A DNA stretch of 64,000 nucleotides from an uncultured OCS116 cluster bacterium. Lineage in GTDB: Bacteria; Pseudomonadota; Alphaproteobacteria; Rhizobiales; TMED25. This document shows, piece after piece, positions 29,699 through 38,948 of this stretch; positions within the stretch are counted from its first letter, which is position 1; each line of letters starts with the position of its first letter. The stretch spans positions 145,466 through 209,465 of the forward strand of contig CACMIP010000002.1 in assembly GCA_902613795.1 (NCBI GenBank). The letters are read 5' to 3'. A program made the position numbers and the translations under genes. The notes under the pieces were generated by a model. That model did no database searches. It saw only the letters and a program-made list of their open reading frames with translations, and had not been told where the DNA came from.

Positions 29699-30910
29699 CT
29701 ACTCCCACCAGTGAAGAGCATCTTTATTCTCACCTTGCTCGCTATTAGGACCGCTCCCATTAGTGCGGAGGAACATTTTCTTGTCATGACCCGCTTTAAT
29801 CTTACCGTTAAATACATCGACTAACCAATCCATGCACATCATATGACAGTCATGTCTATCTTGTCCGGTACCCTTGAACATAACCGCTTGATGGTATGTA
29901 TCCTCGTAGACCCATAACTCTTTTGGGGATTTTACCTTCTCGTAGAAATTATAAACAAGCTCGACAGGACTTCTTGAGTCATATTCACCAACAGTTAGTA
30001 GAATTGGACACTTAATATCTTTCTCTCTTCCTTCGACTGTCATTTGTGCAACAATTTTGTCGAGCTCTTCTTCACTTTTTGCTCCAGTTAAGTATCCAAA
30101 TAATTGTTTATATCTCGGTGAAAATGTATCTAATATGTAATACTTATCGAGGTAAGAAGCCCAGGGCCCAACAACGCCTTTTATTCTTGGATCTCCAGAT
30201 GCTGCAACTTCGAGACCCCAATGTGACCCCATTGAGACTGCGAAGATGCCTATTTTATCTTTATCGACCTCAGGTCTTGTTTCAAGCCAGTCAACGATTT
30301 TGAGAACTGCTCTCTCATAATTACCATGGGTTAATTTTTGATTTCGGATATTGCTCATACCTTGCCCTGGTCCATCAATAACAAGTAAATGCATACCACG
30401 TGCGTGTGCCTCAACTACTTTCGGATCTGGCCACATCTCTTTAGTCATGTCACATCCTGGAATAAAAATCATTGTTGGTGCGACATCAACTCCAGGACAC
30501 AAGAAAAAATTACATTGTAGTTGCATATCCTCAAATGGCACTTCCACTCTTTCAATTGTATAAGGGGCCAGTTCGATAACTTTCTCAAAGTTTGCTATGC
30601 ATCGACCGTGTAAATATTTTTTTTCATCGTTTGTTTCTAATACTGGATGTTGAGCAGCTGCAAACTTAGCTGATGCTCTATAATATAAGTCAAATGCAGT
30701 TGATGTATGACCTGCTTGCTCTTCTTCTTGTGCGACTTTTTCAAGTCTTTGAGCCTGTCTACCAAGATGTTTCGATATTTGTCCATGACTCTTTACAGTT
30801 CCTGGAAGCTCACGACCTTCTTCATCCCAATGAAATACACGACCGGTTTCTTTAACAATCCAGTCATAAATCCATTGATGACCGTCTCTATTTAATCTTG
30901 GTGTACGCAT
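29699..30910 (-). CDS. Alpha/beta hydrolase (DUF1100/FrsA-like, resembling 2,6-dihydroxypseudooxynicotine hydrolase)
   Basis: About 403 aa from ATG 30910, which is preceded by AGGGGGGA; the track start at 30931 is a GTG extension. The nucleophile elbow is AVSMGSH and a helical N-terminal domain precedes the hydrolase core. Confidence 0.68.
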   Translation of the reverse strand: MRTPRLNRDGHQWIYDWIVKETGRVFHWDEEGRELPGTVKSHGQISKHLGRQAQRLEKVAQEEEQAGHTSTAFDLYYRASAKFAAAQHPVLETNDEKKYLHGRCIANFEKVIELAPYTIERVEVPFEDMQLQCNFFLCPGVDVAPTMIFIPGCDMTKEMWPDPKVVEAHARGMHLLVIDGPGQGMSNIRNQKLTHGNYERAVLKIVDWLETRPEVDKDKIGIFAVSMGSHWGLEVAASGDPRIKGVVGPWASYLDKYYILDTFSPRYKQLFGYLTGAKSEEELDKIVAQMTVEGREKDIKCPILLTVGEYDSRSPVELVYNFYEKVKSPKELWVYEDTYHQAVMFKGTGQDRHDCHMMCMDWLVDVFNGKIKAGHDKKMFLRTNGSGPNSEQGENKDALHWWE

Positions 30911-31063
30911 TATGTATCCCCCCTTTAACACGAAATATTTTGAACATAATTATTAATTTACTAAGTATAATTTATAAGATAAAAACAGATTATTTGAAAC
31001 ACATAATTTAAATTTTATTGAATAATTCAATAATCTCATAAAAAATTTAAATAAGTATACAGG

Positions 31064-32278
31064 ATGTATTTATCACTCAATTTTCCATCACTAAAAAGCA
31101 ACGAGTTTAAAAAATATACTGCTGGCAATTTTTTTGCAATGAATGGAATATGGATTAACCGAGTTATTATTGGTTGGCTGGCGTGGGAATTAACCAATCT
31201 AGCGACTTGGGTTGGTTTTTTATCATTTTTATTATTTGCCCCAACTATAATTGCGGGTCCATTTTTTGGTGTTGTAATTGATAGGGTGAATATAAAGAAA
31301 TTTGCCATATACACTCAGTCAATAATTGCGATCACAGTTTTTATCTTATGGTTCCTCTACAATTTTAAGCTATTAAATATATACAATTTAAGTCTTATTG
31401 CGCTTGTCATTGGTATTTTTACATCAGCAGACCGGACAACGCGTATGACACTTGTTCCACGAATAATTGATAGAAATAACTTGGCGAATGCGATTGCTGT
31501 TCATGGTATCAATTTTAATTCGGCAAGGCTTATTGGGCCAGCGCTTGCTGGACTATTAATACAGATACTTAGTTTTGAAATAACAATATTTATTAATTTT
31601 TTATTTCTCATTGCAATGCCATTAACTCTAGTGTCTATAAGTGTATCCAAAAAAGATGGAGAACTAGGTAAAAAAAAGAATATTTTATTAGAATTTCTAG
31701 ACGGTGCGAGATTCGCAATTAATCACAATATAATTTTTGAAGCATGCGCTATTACTGCTGTTTTTTCATTATTTGCAAGAGGGACTGTTGAAATTCTTCC
31801 GGCGCTGGCAGGGGGAGTTTATGATGTTGGACCGCAGGGTCTAGGTCATCTTATGGCAACTGCGGGCGCAGGAGCGCTAGTCGCGGCAATATTTATTGCG
31901 ATGAGGAGATCAAAAGATCAAGAAAAAGGTATCCCTTTTCGGGTTTATTTCACGTCTTTTCTTGGTTTGCTTGCAATAATTACTTTAGGGATGTCGGGTA
32001 GCTGGTCACTCGCACTCATTTCAGTTTTTATTATTGGTTTCTCAATGACAATTAATGGCATTGATCTTCAAGCAGTAGTTCAATTGGAGTTAAATGATAC
32101 ATATCGGGGAAGGGTCATGAGTTTATGGGTGGTTCTTGTAATTGGTCTTGCAGCTGTAAGTGCAATTTTTATGGGTGCTATTGGGGATATCTTTGGCATT
32201 GAAAATACACTTATAATTTTTTCAATACTTGGTATTATATCTTTGAGTACGCTATTATTACTGCTAAAGAAATTTTGA
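31064..32278 (+). CDS. MFS transporter (MFS_3/EntS-like subfamily)
   Basis: 404 aa with about 12 TM segments. The N-terminus ...FKKYTAGNFFAMNGIWINRVIIGWLAWELT... is typical of the EntS/DUF894-type MFS. Confidence 0.78.
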   Translation: MYLSLNFPSLKSNEFKKYTAGNFFAMNGIWINRVIIGWLAWELTNLATWVGFLSFLLFAPTIIAGPFFGVVIDRVNIKKFAIYTQSIIAITVFILWFLYNFKLLNIYNLSLIALVIGIFTSADRTTRMTLVPRIIDRNNLANAIAVHGINFNSARLIGPALAGLLIQILSFEITIFINFLFLIAMPLTLVSISVSKKDGELGKKKNILLEFLDGARFAINHNIIFEACAITAVFSLFARGTVEILPALAGGVYDVGPQGLGHLMATAGAGALVAAIFIAMRRSKDQEKGIPFRVYFTSFLGLLAIITLGMSGSWSLALISVFIIGFSMTINGIDLQAVVQLELNDTYRGRVMSLWVVLVIGLAAVSAIFMGAIGDIFGIENTLIIFSILGIISLSTLLLLLKKF

Positions 32279-32308
32279 TTAGAAAAAAACTTATACGTGA
32301 GGTTTAAT

Positions 32309-33298
32309 ATGAGAGCTGCTATTGTTGGACTTGGTTGGTGGGGTAAGGTGATTGTAAAAAATCTCGCTAAAAGTGATAAAATAAATGTCGTATGCGGTGT
32401 CGATCAGGACCTATCTCAGCTCAAAGTATTTGGTGTTGAGTATAATATCGAGCTTCGCGATAGTTATGAGTCGGTTTTGTCTGACGCGAGCATCGACAGT
32501 GTAATTTTAGCAACGCCAAATCGTCTTCATCATACCCATATAATTCAGGCTGCTGAAGCGGGTAAATTCATTTTTTGTGAAAAACCATTATGCTTAAACA
32601 CTAAAAATGCAAAGGAAGCCATCAGATCATGTAAGGAGAATGGAATTGTGTTGGGGCTCGGTCACGAAAGAAGATTTGAGCCGGCAATGAAGAGTCTTTT
32701 TGATCATGTCGCTCGCGGTGATATTGGCAGAGTGCTGCATGTTGAAACTAATTTTAGTCATGATTTATTTGATAATCTGAGTAAAGATAATTGGAGATTT
32801 AATCCAAAAGATGCACCTGGAGGTGGCTTTACTGCCAGAGGAATTCATTTGACAGATTTTATGGTTCATATGTTTGGTGGAGCCAAGAGGGTTTATTCAA
32901 CAATGTCTAGCATTGCCTATGAAAAGCCTCGCATCGATACTATGTCGGCTAATATTGAATTTGGTAACGGTATTACTGGTATAGTTTCAGTCTCAATTGC
33001 TACTCCATTTTATGGAAGATATACTGTATTCGGGGATAAGGGTTGGATTGAGGCCAGAGAGATTAATAACTTTGAACACGACGATCCGGGTGAGTTAGTC
33101 TTCTGTAAGCAAGGAGGAGAGAGGATTATTACAACTCATCCACACACAAATACAGTCCTCGAAAATTTTGAATTATGGCACGACGCCTGCGTCAATAATC
33201 AAGATTACCCAATTACACCGGAGGAGATGATAGCAAATATCGAGATTTTCGAAGCAATTGTAAAGTCTGGTGAAACGGGAGAAATAGTTGATATATGA
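32309..33298 (+). CDS. Gfo/Idh/MocA family NAD(P)-dependent oxidoreductase
   Basis: About 329 aa from ATG 32309; the track start GTG 32297 adds 4 residues. Contains AIVGLGWWGK and FCEKPLCL. It is collinear with 21111-22088. Confidence 0.85.
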   Translation: MRAAIVGLGWWGKVIVKNLAKSDKINVVCGVDQDLSQLKVFGVEYNIELRDSYESVLSDASIDSVILATPNRLHHTHIIQAAEAGKFIFCEKPLCLNTKNAKEAIRSCKENGIVLGLGHERRFEPAMKSLFDHVARGDIGRVLHVETNFSHDLFDNLSKDNWRFNPKDAPGGGFTARGIHLTDFMVHMFGGAKRVYSTMSSIAYEKPRIDTMSANIEFGNGITGIVSVSIATPFYGRYTVFGDKGWIEAREINNFEHDDPGELVFCKQGGERIITTHPHTNTVLENFELWHDACVNNQDYPITPEEMIANIEIFEAIVKSGETGEIVDI

Positions 33299-33303
33299 TA
33301 AGC

Positions 33304-33867
33304 TTATTTTAGATCAAGTTCAGCTCTTTTATTTGCTTCCCTAAAAATCTTATGAGAATGCTCAACTTTATATTCTGCCTCTTCAAGTGTTTCTGTATCC
33401 CACTCACTTTTCGGTGTTTCAAAAAAATCTCCGCCGTAGACATGTAGCGCACATGTGAATTTATTTGTGGGATTAATCACAGAGTGAATGATATCACTCC
33501 CTAGCGGAACTGTATCATGCTTTTCTAAGGATTTTGCCCCTGCAGCCTCAATCTTTCCATGTTCTCTGTTATCTAATTTACGCCAGAATATGTTATCCTC
33601 TCTACCAGAATAAACGCCAATCGCTGCCCACATGTTGTGGTTATGAGGCATAATTGTCATATTTGGAGTCCAAACAACATTAAGTATCGAAAACTTATCT
33701 GACTGATATATTTTTTGAATTCCACCCTGCGTCGGTTCACCAAAATATCTAAAAAGATCTGTTGGGTTCTCAACTGCCTTTGAGAGGATATCGATCACTG
33801 CCTTGTGATTGTTCTTCTTTTCAATTCTGCTGTCACATTCTTGAATAAATTTATCAATATCAAACAT
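33304..33867 (-). CDS. Cupin-fold metalloprotein (COG5553 / cysteine dioxygenase-like double-stranded beta-helix)
   Basis: 187 aa. Has the metal-binding pattern MPHNHNMWAAIGVYSGRE and a later IHSV. Confidence 0.62.
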   Translation of the reverse strand: MFDIDKFIQECDSRIEKKNNHKAVIDILSKAVENPTDLFRYFGEPTQGGIQKIYQSDKFSILNVVWTPNMTIMPHNHNMWAAIGVYSGREDNIFWRKLDNREHGKIEAAGAKSLEKHDTVPLGSDIIHSVINPTNKFTCALHVYGGDFFETPKSEWDTETLEEAEYKVEHSHKIFREANKRAELDLK

Positions 33868-33960
33868 ATGAATATTTTTTCTATTTTTTAATAAAGAATT
33901 ATTATATCATAAACAACGACGTTGTTAACCCCTATATATATCAAAATAACTCACTGTTTT

Positions 33961-35130
33961 ATGACTAGAAAAAAGCCACGTATATTAAATAAAATTTATG
34001 CTCTTGAAGATCTTGAAGTTCACGCAAAAAAACATCTTCCAAAACCTGTTTTTGGATATGTAGCTGGCGGAGCTGAGAGAAACCATACACTGCGCAATAA
34101 CGCTGAAGATTTTGCAAATTATAAGTTTGTCCCAAATATTCTTCGAAATGTGTCTGAGCGATCTACGAAAACTGAGATATTTGGTAGGCGATGGGATGCT
34201 CCTTTTGGTATTTCACCTATGGGTGTGAGTGCGCTTGCCGCATACAGAGGAGATATTGTTTTGGCTGATGCAGCACAAAAAATGAATATCCCAATGGTTA
34301 TCAGTGGCTCATCTTTAATTCCAATGGAGGAAATAATTAAGTTAGCGCCCGGGACATGGTTTCAGGCATATCTTCCTGGAGAGCATGATAAGGTTGAAAA
34401 TCTTGTTTTACGGGTAAAAAAAGCAGGCTTTGAGACGCTCGTTTTAACTGTTGATGTTGCGGTTTTGGCAGGGAGAGAGAATAATCTTCGAAATGGTTTT
34501 TCGACGCCACTCAGGCCATCATTTAGTTTACTTTATCAGGGCTTAACACACCCAAATTGGTCCATGAATACTTTTCTGAAAACGATATTTAAACATGGCA
34601 TGCCCCACTTTGAAAATTTTCTAGCGGAAAGAGGTGAGCCTGTGTTTTCTGCATCAATAAACAGAGACTTCGGTAAAAGGTCAAATCTAAACTGGGAGCA
34701 CTTGAAGCAAATTAGAAAACTCTGGGATGGTAATTTAATTGTAAAAGGTATTCTGAATAAGGGAGACGCTCTTAAAGCTATCAATTTAGGCGCAGATGCT
34801 ATTATAATTTCAAACCATGGTGGTCGCCAGCTAGACTCGGCGATATCCTCAATTAAAGCCCTTGAAAATATTAGGCCGCATGTAAAAGGTGATTGTAAAT
34901 TATTCGTAGATAGTGGCTTTAGAAGGGGTACTGATGTAATTAAAGCGCTAGCTTTAGGAGCCGATTTCGTCTTCATTGGGAGACCCTTTCTCTATGCAGC
35001 TTCAATAGCCGGTATTGCTGGCGTTACACACACCATTAATTTATTGAAAGAAGAAATAGACAGAGATATGGCGCTTCTGGGGGTAAATGAAATCGATGAG
35101 TTGGGCCACGAACTTCTTCAAAAATATTAG
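33961..35130 (+). CDS. FMN-dependent alpha-hydroxy acid dehydrogenase/oxidase (LldD/glycolate oxidase/mandelate dehydrogenase family)
   Basis: About 389 aa from ATG 33961; the track start TTG 33922 is probably an extension. Contains GYVAGGAE, VLTVD, the active-site block SNHGGRQLD, and DSGFRRGTDVIKALALGA. Confidence 0.88.
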   Translation: MTRKKPRILNKIYALEDLEVHAKKHLPKPVFGYVAGGAERNHTLRNNAEDFANYKFVPNILRNVSERSTKTEIFGRRWDAPFGISPMGVSALAAYRGDIVLADAAQKMNIPMVISGSSLIPMEEIIKLAPGTWFQAYLPGEHDKVENLVLRVKKAGFETLVLTVDVAVLAGRENNLRNGFSTPLRPSFSLLYQGLTHPNWSMNTFLKTIFKHGMPHFENFLAERGEPVFSASINRDFGKRSNLNWEHLKQIRKLWDGNLIVKGILNKGDALKAINLGADAIIISNHGGRQLDSAISSIKALENIRPHVKGDCKLFVDSGFRRGTDVIKALALGADFVFIGRPFLYAASIAGIAGVTHTINLLKEEIDRDMALLGVNEIDELGHELLQKY

Positions 35131-36095
35131 ACAATTTCAAATAATCCTGTCTTTATTAAGTCTGATTTTAGTTCTCTCTTTTTCTCCTCCGTCATTGGGA
35201 TAACTGGTGGTCGAGTATTTCCCCCATGCATGCCAATTAGCTCCTGCCAGTATTTCATTTCAGCAATGGGCATTCTACCACTATTCCAGTATCCCATAAT
35301 CCATTTAGCATGAAGTTCTCTCAGTGGCTGTATCGATTTTGCAATTCGTGTTGCTTCAGTCAGTTCACCATTCAAGGCGGCATCGGTATAATTCTTTAGA
35401 GGTAACCAGCCCTTTGACTGATACAAATGTGGATTATAATTTACAAGCCACTGCAAACCAAGTTGCGTCATACTAGTAAGCCACGGAGCCTCATCTGCAA
35501 CCGATACCACAATATCATTCCCAACTGAGTCAATGATTGAGTGCGTTGATGCTGGTGAACCGTCAGCCTGCTTATACCCACAAATATTATCTAATTTTGA
35601 TAATCTTTTTGCTAGATTGGCATTTATTGGATGACAGTTTTGAGGAACATTAAAAAGTATAACGCCGATATCTATCTTTGAGCATATATATTCGTAAAAC
35701 TGAAAAACAGTCTCATCATCTCTGGCTGCAACATATGGAGTGAGTATTATAATAAAATCGTACCCAATATTTTGAGCGTGCATTGCAAGAGCGACAACTT
35801 GTTTGACTGATTGGTGATGGCACCCTGCAATCATAGGTATTCGTCCTCTCGCCTGATCATGCATGACTTCATGCGCGAACATCCTCTCCTCATCAGGCAT
35901 TGACCAAAATTCAGCAATATTCCCTGAGCAGTAATGTCCATCAACCTTAATATTATTTATAATGTGATCCATATTTGATCGATTGGCAAGTTCATCAAAA
36001 TTATCTTCACTATCCCAGCAATATGGCATTGCCGTCCAAATACCCTTTAGTATTTCTTTTGCCGCTTCTTTTGCTTCTTTTTTGTTGTACTTCAT
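35127..36095 (-). CDS. Dihydrodipicolinate synthase/N-acetylneuraminate lyase family class I aldolase or dehydratase
   Basis: 322 aa. The TIM-barrel pattern has a Tyr in ILTPYV and the Schiff-base Lys context ICGYKQADGS. The GTTGE motif is divergent (SGNIAEF), so this is not a canonical DapA. Confidence 0.72.
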   Translation of the reverse strand: MKYNKKEAKEAAKEILKGIWTAMPYCWDSEDNFDELANRSNMDHIINNIKVDGHYCSGNIAEFWSMPDEERMFAHEVMHDQARGRIPMIAGCHHQSVKQVVALAMHAQNIGYDFIIILTPYVAARDDETVFQFYEYICSKIDIGVILFNVPQNCHPINANLAKRLSKLDNICGYKQADGSPASTHSIIDSVGNDIVVSVADEAPWLTSMTQLGLQWLVNYNPHLYQSKGWLPLKNYTDAALNGELTEATRIAKSIQPLRELHAKWIMGYWNSGRMPIAEMKYWQELIGMHGGNTRPPVIPMTEEKKRELKSDLIKTGLFEIV

Positions 36096-36110
36096 TTTAG
36101 TTATGAAAAA

Positions 36111-37031
36111 TTATTTACCAAATGGAACATCATCAATTCCTTCGCGCTCATCAAGCCCCGCCATACCTCTCATTATTTCATAAAATGACACAGTGTCTTT
36201 TTCTGCATAGCCTTTTTCATATGCTGCTTGATATATCTGTGATAGAACGGAAGTCAATAATGTTGGTGAGCCAAGAATTTGCCCTTGCTCAATCATAAGT
36301 CTATTATCTTTAAGAGAAGTCTTTATTTGCCCTTGCTTTGAATAGTCAGCATTAATCATTTTTGGACCCTTATCAATCATTGTCTTTGACGATGCAGCGC
36401 TGTCTTTTAATACCTCAAGCAAATTATTTTGTTCGAGCCCAGCTTTATGCCCCAAGACCAAACCTTCCGCGAGTGCCAGTCTATTGCCAGCTAAAATAAG
36501 ATTTATAACAAGCTTCGTTCTTGCTCCTGAACCAACCGGTCCCATGTAATAAGCACCTCGACTAAAACCCTCAAAATACGCAGTACAGGCGTCAAAATCC
36601 TCTTTTTTTCCTCCAGCAATTACAATTAAATCGCCATCTTTAGCCATCACACTTGTGCCACTTACAGCCGAGTCTAAGAATTTTATACCCTTTTTTTCCA
36701 GTTCAGCGGACAGTGACACCGAATCTTCCGGTCTTGAGGTTGTGGTATCGCATATATATAAATTTTCAGTATTTACACCGTGAGATATTCCGTTTGCACC
36801 AATTGCAGCTTCTCTAGCAATGTTACTATTAGGAAGTGACATAATAACACAGTCAACATCTTTGGCGGCATCTGCTGGAGTATTTACTGGGGTGCCTCCT
36901 TGATCTTTCAGCTCATCCATTCTTTTTGGGTCCACATCAAATCCTTGGATCATAAATTGTGATTTCCTCATGTTTGATATGAAAGCTTGCCCCATTAATC
37001 CCATACCAACAATTCCAACTTTTTTAACCAT
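36111..37031 (-). CDS. NAD(P)-dependent beta-hydroxyacid dehydrogenase (3-hydroxyisobutyrate/tartronate-semialdehyde reductase family)
   Basis: 306 aa. Rossmann motif VGIVGMGLMGQAF, followed by an all-helical C-terminal domain typical of HIBADH/GarR. Confidence 0.85.
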   Translation of the reverse strand: MVKKVGIVGMGLMGQAFISNMRKSQFMIQGFDVDPKRMDELKDQGGTPVNTPADAAKDVDCVIMSLPNSNIAREAAIGANGISHGVNTENLYICDTTTSRPEDSVSLSAELEKKGIKFLDSAVSGTSVMAKDGDLIVIAGGKKEDFDACTAYFEGFSRGAYYMGPVGSGARTKLVINLILAGNRLALAEGLVLGHKAGLEQNNLLEVLKDSAASSKTMIDKGPKMINADYSKQGQIKTSLKDNRLMIEQGQILGSPTLLTSVLSQIYQAAYEKGYAEKDTVSFYEIMRGMAGLDEREGIDDVPFGK

Positions 37032-37057
37032 ATTAAATTCTCCTTTTTTAAGATTTT

Positions 37058-38035
37058 TTATAGTTTCACAACTATCTTTCCGATTTGATTATTAGACATC
37101 ATATACTTCCGAGCCTTATCTATATCATCAAAATTATAGATTTTGTCAATAATTGGCTTTTCTTTATTTTTTCCTAAATATGGTAGGACATTTCTCTTAA
37201 AACCCTCAACTGTTTTAATTATATCTTTTCGAGTAACGTATGCATTGGATATTCCATGAATACTATATCTTTGCGAATGAATTTTTTTTAAATCTACTTC
37301 TACATTTGTAATATTATCCATATAGCCAACATTCACAAAAATACCTTTAAATTTTAGTGCCATCATTGCATCATTGAAGATGCTGCCCCCCAAGCAATTA
37401 ACAACCAAGTTTATTCCATCATCTGTAAATTCTTTTATTTTATCTGCAAGGTTTGTCTCAGGCGTAATTATACCGAAATCCATTCCATAATTTCGTAATT
37501 TTTCGAGCTTCAGATCAGAAGTTGATGTACCAATGACCTTCGCTCCTATAATTTTTGAAATTATTAGAGCAGAAGAACCGATTGCTGAAGAAATTGAGGT
37601 TATCAATACTATGTCATCCTTTGATAGTTTACCATAAGTAATTAGTGCATCATAAGCTGCGAGGAAGCTTACTGGTATCGCCGCTGATTCCTCCCAACTA
37701 AATCCACCGGGAATAAACATAGCCTGGTAATCTTTTATCGTACAATATTCTGAGTATGAACCAGAATTTGTACCGATCACTCGCCCCATGATTTTGTCTC
37801 CCAGCTTATATTTTTGTACTCCAGATCCGATTTGAATGATTTCACCTGCAGCCTCAGTACCTGATGGGTATGCGGATGCACCATGCATCACACCACCAAC
37901 TATAAAACCCCCTCTGTTTAATGCTGTTGCTCTAACTTTAATTAATATCTCATCATCGGCTGGTTTTGGTATATCTATATCAGCTGCAACCAACCTACTT
38001 TCACCATTTACGACATCTGTAAAGTATGCTTTCAC
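37058..38035 (-). CDS. Medium-chain dehydrogenase/reductase (quinone oxidoreductase-like, zinc-independent type)
   Basis: 325 aa. GroES-like N-terminal domain (ILIKVRATALNRGG) and a Rossmann domain (ISSAIGSSALIISKIIGAKVIG). Confidence 0.8.
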   Translation of the reverse strand: MKAYFTDVVNGESRLVAADIDIPKPADDEILIKVRATALNRGGFIVGGVMHGASAYPSGTEAAGEIIQIGSGVQKYKLGDKIMGRVIGTNSGSYSEYCTIKDYQAMFIPGGFSWEESAAIPVSFLAAYDALITYGKLSKDDIVLITSISSAIGSSALIISKIIGAKVIGTSTSDLKLEKLRNYGMDFGIITPETNLADKIKEFTDDGINLVVNCLGGSIFNDAMMALKFKGIFVNVGYMDNITNVEVDLKKIHSQRYSIHGISNAYVTRKDIIKTVEGFKRNVLPYLGKNKEKPIIDKIYNFDDIDKARKYMMSNNQIGKIVVKL

Positions 38036-38102
38036 TTTAATATCCCTATAAAAGTTTGAACTTTTATTATATAATCAAAGCGATGAATTAGATAGGTGGA
38101 AT

Positions 38103-38948
38103 ATGGTAAAAAAAATAATTGATGGTGTAAATATTGAGTATGAAATCATTGGTTCAGGAACGCCAATTTTAGCTCTTATGCCTGGGGCTAGAAGGGGGTG
38201 TCTTGAGATGAAATCACTTGCTGAAAAGATTGCAAAAAATAACATCAGAATACTTCTTCACGATAGAAGAAATACAGGTAAGTCAAGTATGCTGATTGAT
38301 GATGCTCATACTGAGGAAGTTACTTGGGCAAGAGAATTAAGAAAATTATTTAAATCATTGAATGAAAAACATATTTTTATATCTGGATCATCTTCTGGTG
38401 CCAGAACTAGCTTAATGTATGCACTTGAATTCCCAAAGGATTTAATTGGGTTGATTATCATGAGAGTCACGGGTGGTAAATTTGCAGCAAATAATCTTCC
38501 AAAAAACTATTATGAGGTATTTATTAATGCAGCCAAGTCTGGCGGCATGAAAAGTGTTTGTGATACTGCAAGGTTTGCAGAATATATAAAAACAAATCCA
38601 GACATAGAAAATGAATTACTGCAGTTTGATGTAAATGAATTTATAAAAATACAAGAAAATTTATTGGTTAAGTTTCGTGCCGGAGCTGACTATCCTGTGA
38701 TGGGGGTCACGCAAGATGAACTAGGCTCCATAACTATCCCTTCCTTAGTAATTCCCGGTAATGATAATACACATAACTCAGTAAGCGGTATCACAGCTTA
38801 TAAAATGCTTGGAAATAGTGAGTTATTTCAACTACCAATTGATGATGTTGATGTCGATTTAATACCATGGAGTGATTGGGTAGAATATGAGGATCAAATT
38901 GCAGAGTCGATGTCTGAGTTTATTCAGCGTGTTATGGCTACTCAATAA
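38103..38948 (+). CDS. Alpha/beta hydrolase
   Basis: 281 aa. Has an HDRRNTGKS oxyanion region and the nucleophile elbow SGSSSGA. Confidence 0.75.
   Translation: MVKKIIDGVNIEYEIIGSGTPILALMPGARRGCLEMKSLAEKIAKNNIRILLHDRRNTGKSSMLIDDAHTEEVTWARELRKLFKSLNEKHIFISGSSSGARTSLMYALEFPKDLIGLIIMRVTGGKFAANNLPKNYYEVFINAAKSGGMKSVCDTARFAEYIKTNPDIENELLQFDVNEFIKIQENLLVKFRAGADYPVMGVTQDELGSITIPSLVIPGNDNTHNSVSGITAYKMLGNSELFQLPIDDVDVDLIPWSDWVEYEDQIAESMSEFIQRVMATQ

Noticed and set aside
30911-30931. N-terminal extensions implied by the ORF-track starts at 30931 (GTG), 32297 (GTG), 33922 (TTG), 47419 (ATG) and 48521 (TTG)
   Set aside because: Internal starts fit better. ATG 30910 follows a strong AGGGGGGA. ATG 32309 and ATG 33961 restore canonical family N-termini. 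TTG 47482 has GGAG at ideal spacing and removes a 74-nt overlap. ATG 48530 gives the YFFFYGTL start.
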